A stretch of 32,390 nucleotides of DNA, taken from assembly GCA_037441385.1 (NCBI GenBank), contig JBBISH010000077.1, forward strand, positions 1 to 32,390, written 5' to 3'. Source of the stretch: Myxococcales bacterium (GTDB lineage Bacteria > Myxococcota_A > UBA9042). The notes beneath the pieces are model-generated. The model worked only from the letters and a program-made list of their open reading frames with translations, ran no database searches and had not been told where the DNA came from. Shown in pieces: positions 9,129-17,213 of the stretch; the stretch's first letter is position 1; each line of letters starts with the position of its first letter. The position numbers and the translations under genes were made by a program.

Positions 9129-9962
9129 TTATTGACCAGCCCGGCCCAGCTCTTTGATGGTCACGCCGGCCGGCGGCTGCCACTCAAAGACCTTGTCGTC
9201 TGCGCCCACGTACTTGATGTCGCGCCAGACCAGGTCGGTGGTATCGCCAATCGGGTCGACGAGTTGGCTCGCCTTGACCGCAAAGGTGGCTTTGTCGACC
9301 ATCAGCGTCAGCGAGCGCATCGCCGTGCTGGACTTGGGCGTCAGGCGCAGCGCGAACGTCTCGGCCAGCGGCGACGTCACCAGCTCTAGCTGGAAGTCCT
9401 TGGAAAGATTGCCTTGCCCCACCAAATACTGGGTGGCCTGGTACACTTGGCTGTTCTTGACCGGTACCTTGACCGCCAGCCGCTCGCGGCGCTCGTACGA
9501 CCACAGCGTCTCGCCGTTGCAGAAGTAGAAGATCTCTTCGGTCGGGTAGTCCCAGCGCATTTTGCCTTGCTGGTTCTTGGCGGCGTCGCCGCGCTTGAGC
9601 CAGGCCATGCCCTCGCGCTTCAGGCCCGTTGCCAGGCCCTTCTTGGTCACGACCTGGGTAAAGGCGGCCTGGAAACCGGGCTGACCGTCGTAGAATTTCT
9701 GGATTCCATCGGCCACTTGCTGGGCCGTCACCGCCGCCGTCGCGGGCTTGGCCGGCTCGGCCTTTGCGGGTTCCGTCTTTACTGGCTCGGTCTTCGCAGG
9801 CTCGGTCTTTGCGGGCTCCGTCTTGGCGGGCTCAGTCTTTGCCGGCGCCGTCGCGGCCGCTTTGCCTTTGGCTTTCTTGCCCTTGGCCTGTGCCGGCAGC
9901 GCGCCGAGCAGCAGCGCCGCACCCACCAGAACCCCAACACGCCCTAGCCAACCACCGCGCAT
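9129..9962 (-). CDS. lolA: Outer-membrane lipoprotein carrier LolA-family protein with N-terminal (PAKTE)n insert
   Basis: FQAAFTQ, GKMRWDY, NGETLWSY and D.IGDTT motifs; signal peptide; GGAGG RBS before ATG 9962; adjacent to ftsK. Confidence 0.85.
   Translation of the reverse strand: MRGGWLGRVGVLVGAALLLGALPAQAKGKKAKGKAAATAPAKTEPAKTEPAKTEPAKTEPVKTEPAKAEPAKPATAAVTAQQVADGIQKFYDGQPGFQAAFTQVVTKKGLATGLKREGMAWLKRGDAAKNQQGKMRWDYPTEEIFYFCNGETLWSYERRERLAVKVPVKNSQVYQATQYLVGQGNLSKDFQLELVTSPLAETFALRLTPKSSTAMRSLTLMVDKATFAVKASQLVDPIGDTTDLVWRDIKYVGADDKVFEWQPPAGVTIKELGRAGQ
9745..9845 (-). repeat. 15-bp coding tandem repeat (PAKTE, about 6 units) in lolA
   Basis: Translation PAKTEPAKTEPAKTEPAKTEPVKTEPAKAEPAK. 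Bounds approximate. Confidence 0.85.
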
Positions 9963-10344
9963 CCGAACCTCCAGGACCGCGAGCATCGCACGCCGCCGCC
10001 GAACTGCCAACGCGCCGACCGCCGCGCTGCTTCACCGCCCCCTCGCCTGGCCCGGCGATGCGCGGCCAACAAGGCGACAGTACACTATCTGGATTATCAC
10101 AACCAATTCAAGGTACTGCGCGACAAGGGCAACGGCGCGCCGCCAAGGGGACCATGTAAAATCAGAGGGTTGGATCACGGCTCGGACAATTTCTGGCAGC
10201 CCCCCCTTGCCGTGGTAGCGTCCAAGCTGATCCGCCGCAGGTGCCGGATCGCGCAACACCGCGCAATAGCTTGCAAGAACCACGATTTCGCGCCGCGGCC
10301 CGGGCAGCCATCGCCCCCAGCACGGCGCCAACGACAGGTGAGCC

Positions 10345-13311
10345 ATGGCCAAGGCCTCGACCGGCGCAACCCGCGACCCCGCCTCTAGGAACGACGCCAA
10401 GGGCGATCGGCCCGAGGGCAAGAACGCCGGCAAGCCCAACCGCGCCGAAGCGGACGTGCGCCAGCGCGAGCTTCGTGGCGAATGGGCCGGGCTGGTGCTG
10501 TTCGGCGCCGGTGCCGCCTTTGCCGGGGCGCTTTTCAGCCACGATCCGCGCGACATGGCCGCCATCGCCGCCGGGCAGGGCGCCGAGCACGTAGCCAACT
10601 GGCTGGGGCCGGTGGGCGCGCGCATGGCCGATATGCTGTTGCACTTCCTGGGCTTGGGTGCCTTCCTGCTCAACGCCTTGGTGCTGACCTTGGCGGGCGC
10701 GACCTTGACGGGCAAGATGCGGGCGCCGCGGCCGCGGGTGGCCCTGGGCGCGGTGGGCGCGGCGCTGTCGGTGATGATCCTGCTGCACCTGATTGCGCAA
10801 AAGTGGCACTGGAAGCCGCTGGGCAAGGACGCTGCCGGCCTGATCCCGGGCGGGATCGCGATGTTGCTCAAGGCGATGCTGTCGACCGCGGGCACGGCGT
10901 TGCTCGCGACCTTGACGCTGGCGGCGTCGCTGGCGGCCCTGACCGGGCGCACGCTGACGACCATGGCGGTGCGCTGGCTGAGCGGCAAGACCGCGCCGGT
11001 GGTCAGCAAAGCAGTGGAGAAGGCCGCCAGCGTGACCGGCGACGTGGCGCGCGAGAGCGTTCAGACCCTACGCAACAAGGTGGGCGGTGCGCGCGAGGTG
11101 CCGGCCACCGAGCGTCCTGTCGTTCATCCGCGCGGCAAGACCGCGCCCTACACCGGCCCGGCATTGGCCGACCTGAGCGAGGCCGAGTTGGCCGCCCAGA
11201 CCGCGCCCAAGGCGGACCGGCCCCTGTCGGTGGCTGCGGCCGAAGCGGCGTTTTGGGGCGAGCCAGGGGCAGAGATCTCGATGTCGGCCGGCGAGTTGCT
11301 GGGCACGGCGCCGGCGAGCGCCCTGCCGGACACCGCGGTGGCGCGCAAGTCGCAGCCCCTGCCGCAGGTCCTGCGCCCGACCCAGCCGCTGGCCGCGCTG
11401 GATCCGACCTCGACCGCGGTGCGGATGCGCCACCCGGCCGAGACGGAAGCGCCGCCGATCCCCGAGCCCGTGCGCATCGCCGAAGAGCAGCTCCGCGCGC
11501 CCGTGACGGCCGCAGAAAAGTCCAGCACGATCAAGATGAATGCCGTGGAGGTCAGCCAGGTCCTGGGCGAGTTGAAAAGCCTGTCGCTGGGCGAAGAGCC
11601 CGAGCTGACGGCGGCCTTTGTCATGCCCGTGGTGGACGACCGCGCCGAGCCCACGGGCGACGACACCGACGTGCAGAGCCGCGACCTGCTGGGCGGCGAT
11701 GTGCCGTTGCTGGCCCTCAGCGCCCTGAGCGAGGCTGCCCGCGACGCCGCTGGCCCGCGCATCGTCGAGACCGAGGCCCTGCGCCACCCCACCGCCGTGG
11801 CGCCGATCGAGGCCGTGGCGCAGACCCTGGCGATCGAAGGCAAGTCGTGGGTGCTGCCGCCGTCGACGCTGCTGGCCGACCCGCCGAGCCGCGCGCTGAA
11901 GCTGGACGAAGAGGCCCAGCGCGTGCTGCGCGAAAACGCGGTGATCCTGGAGTCGAAGCTGGCCGAATTCGGCATCATGGGCGAAGTCGCCGACATCCGC
12001 CCGGGTCCGGTGGTGACGACCTACGAGTACCGCCCGGCGGCGGGGGTGAAGATCAGCAAGATCGTCAACTTGAAGGACGATCTGACCATGAAACTCAGTG
12101 CTTTGCGAGTCCGCGTGGTGGCGCCGATCCCCGGCCGCGACGTGGTGGGCATCGAGGTGCCGAACAAAGAGCGGCAGATGGTCTACTTTCGCGAGGTTCT
12201 GGAGCGTCCGGAATTCCGCGACAGCAAGAACCCGCTGACGATGATCCTGGGCAAAGACATCGAAGGCAAGGCGATGACCATGGATCTGGCCAAGGCGCCG
12301 CACCTGCTGGTGGCGGGCGCGACGGGTACCGGCAAGTCCGTGGGTATCAACACCTTCATCTCGTCGCTGCTGTTCCGCTGCACGCCGGATGACCTCAAGC
12401 TCATGCTCATCGACCCCAAGATCCTGGAGCTGAGCATTTACGCCGACATCCCGCACCTGCTGCTGCCCGTCATCGACGAGCCGCGCAAGGCCGAGCTCGC
12501 CTTGAAGTGGGCCTGCGTCGAGATGGACCGCCGCTACAAGATGATGGCGGCCGTAGAAGTGCGCAACCTGGCCAGCTACAAGCAGAAGATCCCCGAGCTG
12601 CGGGCGGCGGCGGCGCGGCAGCGGGCCCTGGCCGGCGAGGACATGGACGCGGTGACCATCGAAGATCCGCCGTACATCGTGGTGGTGATCGACGAGTTTG
12701 CCGACCTGATCATGAGCGCTGGCAAGGAAGTGGAAGTCCCGGTGGCGCGCCTGGCGCAGAAGGCCCGCGCGGCCGGCATCCACGTCATCCTGGCCACCCA
12801 GCGGCCGTCGACCGACGTGATTACCGGCATGATCAAGGCCAACTTCCCCACCCGTGTCTCGTTCCAGGTCGCCAGCGCCATCGACTCCAAGGTGGTCCTG
12901 AACACCTACGGCGCCGAGACCCTGCTGGGCCGCGGCGACATGCTGCTGGTGCCGCCCGGCGAGGGCAACCTCAAGCGCTGCCACGGCACCTGGATCAGCG
13001 ACGACGAGGTCGCCCACCTGGCCAAGCACTGGCGCGACCAGGGCACGCCCAAGTACGAGATGGACATCCTGCACGACCCCGAGAGCGAGGCCGCCGTGGG
13101 CGCCGACGACGCCGAGAGCGACGCGCTGTACGACGACGCCGTGAGCTGCGTGGTCGAGGCCGGTCAGGCGTCCGTGTCGTTCCTGCAGCGCAAACTGGGC
13201 ATCGGCTACGGCCGGGCGGCGCGCATGATCGACACCATGGCGGCACGCGGGATTGTCGGGCCGTCGCGTGGGCCGAACAAGCCGCGAGAGATTCTGGTGA
13301 ATCAGTTGTAG
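10345..13311 (+). CDS. ftsK: DNA translocase FtsK
   Basis: N-terminal TM domain (NWLGPVGA), long linker, GPVVTTYE, Walker A PHLLVAGATGTGKS, Walker B VVIDEFADL, ATQRPS, gamma domain SVSFLQRKLGIGYGRAAR. Confidence 0.98.
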   Translation: MAKASTGATRDPASRNDAKGDRPEGKNAGKPNRAEADVRQRELRGEWAGLVLFGAGAAFAGALFSHDPRDMAAIAAGQGAEHVANWLGPVGARMADMLLHFLGLGAFLLNALVLTLAGATLTGKMRAPRPRVALGAVGAALSVMILLHLIAQKWHWKPLGKDAAGLIPGGIAMLLKAMLSTAGTALLATLTLAASLAALTGRTLTTMAVRWLSGKTAPVVSKAVEKAASVTGDVARESVQTLRNKVGGAREVPATERPVVHPRGKTAPYTGPALADLSEAELAAQTAPKADRPLSVAAAEAAFWGEPGAEISMSAGELLGTAPASALPDTAVARKSQPLPQVLRPTQPLAALDPTSTAVRMRHPAETEAPPIPEPVRIAEEQLRAPVTAAEKSSTIKMNAVEVSQVLGELKSLSLGEEPELTAAFVMPVVDDRAEPTGDDTDVQSRDLLGGDVPLLALSALSEAARDAAGPRIVETEALRHPTAVAPIEAVAQTLAIEGKSWVLPPSTLLADPPSRALKLDEEAQRVLRENAVILESKLAEFGIMGEVADIRPGPVVTTYEYRPAAGVKISKIVNLKDDLTMKLSALRVRVVAPIPGRDVVGIEVPNKERQMVYFREVLERPEFRDSKNPLTMILGKDIEGKAMTMDLAKAPHLLVAGATGTGKSVGINTFISSLLFRCTPDDLKLMLIDPKILELSIYADIPHLLLPVIDEPRKAELALKWACVEMDRRYKMMAAVEVRNLASYKQKIPELRAAAARQRALAGEDMDAVTIEDPPYIVVVIDEFADLIMSAGKEVEVPVARLAQKARAAGIHVILATQRPSTDVITGMIKANFPTRVSFQVASAIDSKVVLNTYGAETLLGRGDMLLVPPGEGNLKRCHGTWISDDEVAHLAKHWRDQGTPKYEMDILHDPESEAAVGADDAESDALYDDAVSCVVEAGQASVSFLQRKLGIGYGRAARMIDTMAARGIVGPSRGPNKPREILVNQL

Positions 13312-13715
13312 GCCGGGCGACGGCGGCCCCTGGAGCTTCGGGGTGGCCGGGCGGGTTCGCGGCTTTCTTCTCTACAACACGCTGATTTTGCCCCCGCAGT
13401 GTGGCCCCTGCCCTGCTGAGGTGCGGCGCGGGGACCCTGCGGAGGAACCCCGCTGAGGGTCATGGCGGGAGTTCGTTTGGGCGGGAGACGAGCGGGAAGC
13501 GCTTGGAATCGTTGGTTGAAGTGGGGCTGGCGTGGGGCTGGTGCGAAATTTTTTCGCGAAGTTCGCAGAATTTCGTGCGAGTCGTGCTGCATTCGATTGA
13601 TTTTGAATCAGATTGCGGCGAACTGTCTGCGCTAACCGCTTGACGTGATCTCGCCACACCAGAAGCTCAGGCTGGCCGCAGTCCAGGTCGCAGGCCACGG
13701 TGCCTGCCCGAGCCA

Positions 13716-13781
13716 AGGGGCCCCCACGTGCCCGAAGGGATCGGCGAGTCCAGCGGACTCGGCCAAGTGGGGACCGGAACC
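13716..13781. repeat. 66-bp structured intergenic repeat, copy 1
   Basis: AGGGGCCCCCACGTGCCCGAAGGGATCGGCGAGTCCAGCGGACTCGGCCAAGTGGGGACCGGAACC is 61/66 identical to the reverse complement of 28620-28685. Confidence 0.9.
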
Positions 13782-13905
13782 GGAACCCGCCGGGAAAAAG
13801 ATGTCAAGTGTCAATACCTGACCCTCCCTTTGCCGGTTTGGACTTGCCGGGCGGTGCCCCGTGTGCCAAGGTCGCGCTTGCGGACGGGCAGCGGGGGCAC
13901 GGGAA

Positions 13906-16839
13906 ATGGCGGGCAAACCGATGGCGGCATCGCGCGCGGCGACCTGGCTCGCGGCCTTGCTCACGCTGGCGTGTGGCAGCGACCCCGCCGCGCAGGCGCC
14001 TGCGGCCACCAAGGACGCCTTGGGCGGCGACACAGGGCCAAACCTTTGCCCCAAGGCGTCTTTGCGGCCCGATGGCCAGTGCTGCCCACCCGGCGAGTTC
14101 TTCCTGCCGGGAATGCCGGGCTGCGCCAAGGTGGGGCCCAGGGGCTGCGCGGCCGACTCTGCAGCCACAGCACAGACTTGCGTGCCGCGCTGGTGCTTTG
14201 ACTGGCGCAAGGCCAGCGGCGAACCGTGCGACGACCAGGCCCTCTGCTTGCCGCAGGGACGCACCTGCACCGACGCCGAGATCGACCACGGCGGCGGCTG
14301 CCCAGCCGGCCAAGCGCCCACAAGCGCAACGGACAGCAGTTGCCGGCCCGCGGGCCAAGTAGAGCAGCCTACGGGCCTGGCGCCCCTACCCCCGCCCGCG
14401 CGCGGCCACGAACTCCCCGACCTGCCTGACCTACCGTCGCCAGCCACGCCCGTGTGGTGCCCCGGGGAGTTGCTGTACCCCGCGGTGCTGTGTACGCCCA
14501 ACACGCCGAAATGCTTGGTTGGCGAGACCTGGGCGAACGGCAAGTGCACACCCATCGCCGGGCCGGACTGGCTTTGCCCCCCTGGCTTTGTCCCCGCGCC
14601 GCCCGACGGCAACCCCCACAGCGACTTGCCGGGCTGCTTGCCCGACCCCGCCGACTGCGGCAACGCCCCGTTCCCAGTCCCAGACAAAGTGGGGCCTTTG
14701 CTCTACTACGTCGACTCGAACGCGCTGCCTGGGGGCGACGGCACCCAGGTCAAACCGTGGAGCAACCTGGCCACGGCCTTGGCCAAGGTCCCGGCGGGGG
14801 CCACGTTGGCGCTGGCCGCCGGGGATTACGGACTTGCGGCCCCGCTGGAGCAGGAGGTGGCACTGGTCGGCCGGTGCGCCGCCAAGGTGACGCTGTCCGC
14901 CGCCGCCGACGAACCGCTGATCATCCACGCCAAGGTGCTGCTCGCGCGCCTGCGGGTCAGCGGGCCAGGGCGCGGCGTGCTCGTTGAAGGCAAAGGAAAC
15001 GCACACTTGCAGGCTGTAGTCCTGCAGGGACTGCCCGGCGCAGCGCTGACGGTCCAGGGCCCGGCGGCCAGCGTGGCGGTGAGCAACGCAGTGCTGGGCG
15101 ACGGGACGGATGCGGACGATGCGGCCCAGTGCGTCCTGGTCCGCCAGGGTGCCCAAGCACAAATCGAGCGCGTGCGCTTGCGCGGATGCGAAGATGCGGG
15201 ACTGAACGTCGACCTGGCGGCGGCGGCCACTTTGAGCGAGGCGGTGGTCGACGGTGTGCGACCGCTGCACACGGGCGCGGACTATGCCCCGGCGGCCATC
15301 AGTCACCTGGGCTCGTCGCTCACGGTCCAGAAGGCGCGGCTGCGGCGCCAGTACGGCGCGGCCGTGTACGCCGCCAACCCAGACGACACGTTGGTGCTTC
15401 GCGACGTCTTGATCCAAGAGCCGCAGCTGACCTACCAGGCGCAAAACACCGGCATGGGCCTGCTGTCGTATGCCCAAAACTTGGACGTGGCCGGACTGGT
15501 CGTCCAAGGCGGGCGCCTGAGCGCGGTGCAGATCATGCAGGGCAGCGCCTACCTGCAGAATTTGGCGATTCGCGACGTTGCGGGCGTGCCAGCGGTGTCG
15601 GCGTCGGGCATGGGCCTGGTCGTCGCGGGCGGCGCCCTGGTCACAGTCGACGACGCCGACCTGCGGGGCACCGCGTTCGCCGGGGTCTACGTCGAGGATT
15701 CGGGGCTCTCCCTAACCAACGCCCTGATTTCCGGGGTGCGGCGCATCCAGGGCGACGCCGGGCGCGGGCTGACGCTGGCCGGCGCCGCCGCCATCTTGAC
15801 CCAGGTGCGCATCCACGACTGTGGAACCATTGGTATTTCGGCATTTGCCAGCAGTTCGCACAGTTCGGCGATTCTGGCCGAGGACTTGGTGATCGACCAC
15901 ATCGCCGCCGCGCCCGACAACAACGGGCTGGGCCGCGGCATCCTGATGGGCGAGACCACCACGCTCACCGGCCGGCGCGTCCGCATCGAGCACGTGCACA
16001 CCATTGGGCTAAGCGTGGCCGATGCCGGCACGCGCGCCGACGTCCGCGACCTGACCATCCGCCACGTGTTGGACGACGGCCAGGGCTGGTTCGGCCGCGG
16101 CCTCGATGTCAGCGACGGCGCCGAGGTGTCCGTGCTGGGGTTGTACGTCCGCGACTACCGCGAAGCCGGCATTGCGGCATTGACCGACGCGGCGGTCACG
16201 GTGAGCGACGCCGCCCTCATCGACGGGTCCCCCAACGCGGCCAACGTCTTTGGCGACGCGATCTCGCTTGCCGAAGGCTCGCGCGTGCGCGCCCAGGGCC
16301 TGCGCACCCATGGCGCCAGCGACTGCGGCATCCGCATCACCGACCACTCGCAGGCCGAGCTTTTCGGCGTGCAGGTTGCGGCCATGAAGCTGGCCACCGC
16401 CAACGGCACCGGCGTCGTCGCCAGCAGCGGTTCGCGTGTGCACGCCGTCGCGGCGCTGGTCGACCACGCCCGCGGCATCGGCGTGGGGGTCTGGCAAGGC
16501 TCGGCAAGCCTGGAAGACTCCGTGGTTCGCTCTGTGGACGATCCGGCCGATGTGAGCAAGATCGCTCCCTTGGGCTATGGCATCTTGGCCGTGGACGGCG
16601 GCGTGCTGGCGTTGGACCGCAGCATTCTGAGCCAGGCCGCCCGCGCCGGGCTGCTGGTCGATGCCGGGTGCACGGCCACACTGGGCTATTCGCTGGTGGT
16701 CGGCAACCTCATCGGCGCCGTCTTGGGTGTCGATCCCTCGCCACTCATCGCCACTTTGGCCTTGCTCGAGAACAGCGGCGGCAACACCGCGGGTATGTCG
16801 GGCTTTCCGCTGCCGCCGCCGCCACCACCGCTCAACTAG
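13906..16839 (+). CDS. Lipoprotein with Cys/Pro-rich N-terminus and right-handed parallel beta-helix (pectin-lyase-fold) repeats
   Basis: LLTLAC lipobox-like signal; YVD...GGDGT...PW..LA.AL....G.T..LA.G.Y motif typical of beta-helix starts; repeated G.GL.V..G...V...I coils. Start at 13906 or 13921. Confidence 0.82.
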   Translation: MAGKPMAASRAATWLAALLTLACGSDPAAQAPAATKDALGGDTGPNLCPKASLRPDGQCCPPGEFFLPGMPGCAKVGPRGCAADSAATAQTCVPRWCFDWRKASGEPCDDQALCLPQGRTCTDAEIDHGGGCPAGQAPTSATDSSCRPAGQVEQPTGLAPLPPPARGHELPDLPDLPSPATPVWCPGELLYPAVLCTPNTPKCLVGETWANGKCTPIAGPDWLCPPGFVPAPPDGNPHSDLPGCLPDPADCGNAPFPVPDKVGPLLYYVDSNALPGGDGTQVKPWSNLATALAKVPAGATLALAAGDYGLAAPLEQEVALVGRCAAKVTLSAAADEPLIIHAKVLLARLRVSGPGRGVLVEGKGNAHLQAVVLQGLPGAALTVQGPAASVAVSNAVLGDGTDADDAAQCVLVRQGAQAQIERVRLRGCEDAGLNVDLAAAATLSEAVVDGVRPLHTGADYAPAAISHLGSSLTVQKARLRRQYGAAVYAANPDDTLVLRDVLIQEPQLTYQAQNTGMGLLSYAQNLDVAGLVVQGGRLSAVQIMQGSAYLQNLAIRDVAGVPAVSASGMGLVVAGGALVTVDDADLRGTAFAGVYVEDSGLSLTNALISGVRRIQGDAGRGLTLAGAAAILTQVRIHDCGTIGISAFASSSHSSAILAEDLVIDHIAAAPDNNGLGRGILMGETTTLTGRRVRIEHVHTIGLSVADAGTRADVRDLTIRHVLDDGQGWFGRGLDVSDGAEVSVLGLYVRDYREAGIAALTDAAVTVSDAALIDGSPNAANVFGDAISLAEGSRVRAQGLRTHGASDCGIRITDHSQAELFGVQVAAMKLATANGTGVVASSGSRVHAVAALVDHARGIGVGVWQGSASLEDSVVRSVDDPADVSKIAPLGYGILAVDGGVLALDRSILSQAARAGLLVDAGCTATLGYSLVVGNLIGAVLGVDPSPLIATLALLENSGGNTAGMSGFPLPPPPPPLN

Positions 16840-16968
16840 GAGCGTGTCGGGATAATCCCGGCCAGTTGGACAAACGAAAAAGGCTAGGAGACTGGCGGCG
16901 CCCAATAAGATCATAATGTATAACTAAATGGACATGTAGTGTCGCCCATTTTGCCGACAGGCTCCTAG
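16836..16968. mobile_element. 133-bp MITE-like element
   Basis: Terminal inverted repeats CTAGGAGCGTGTCGG (16836-16850) and CCGACAGGCTCCTAG (16954-16968), 14/15 match; CTAG at both ends; AT-rich non-coding interior. Confidence 0.65.
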
Positions 16969-17213
16969 TACTACAAACCTCAAGGTCTTTCGGGGTCGCT
17001 TTCGTTGGCGTGGGACGCGGCGCGAGCCACACGCGGGGGGCCCGGACTGCGCGGCGCGCCCCCTTGGAAGTGGCTGAAGCGCCTGGACATCGACGGCCCA
17101 GTTTCTTGACAGAGCCGCAGGATGACCTGACCCTGGACGCCTTGCCGTGTCGTCCGCCTCGGGCGGCGCCGACCGCACATTGCCAGCGCCGGTGCTGGCC
17201 AAGGCAGCCTACG

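Noticed and set aside
6670..9135. 821-aa plus-strand ORF and other long overlapping ORFs (1528-3210, 10482-12392, 11068-13074, 15129-16916, 16980-18518)
   Set aside because: Shadow frames of recognisable genes in high-GC DNA, with Arg/Ala/Gly-biased translations and no motifs.
13716..13781. Hammerhead or other self-cleaving ribozyme in the 66-bp repeat
   Set aside because: No CUGAnGA/GAAA core on either strand.
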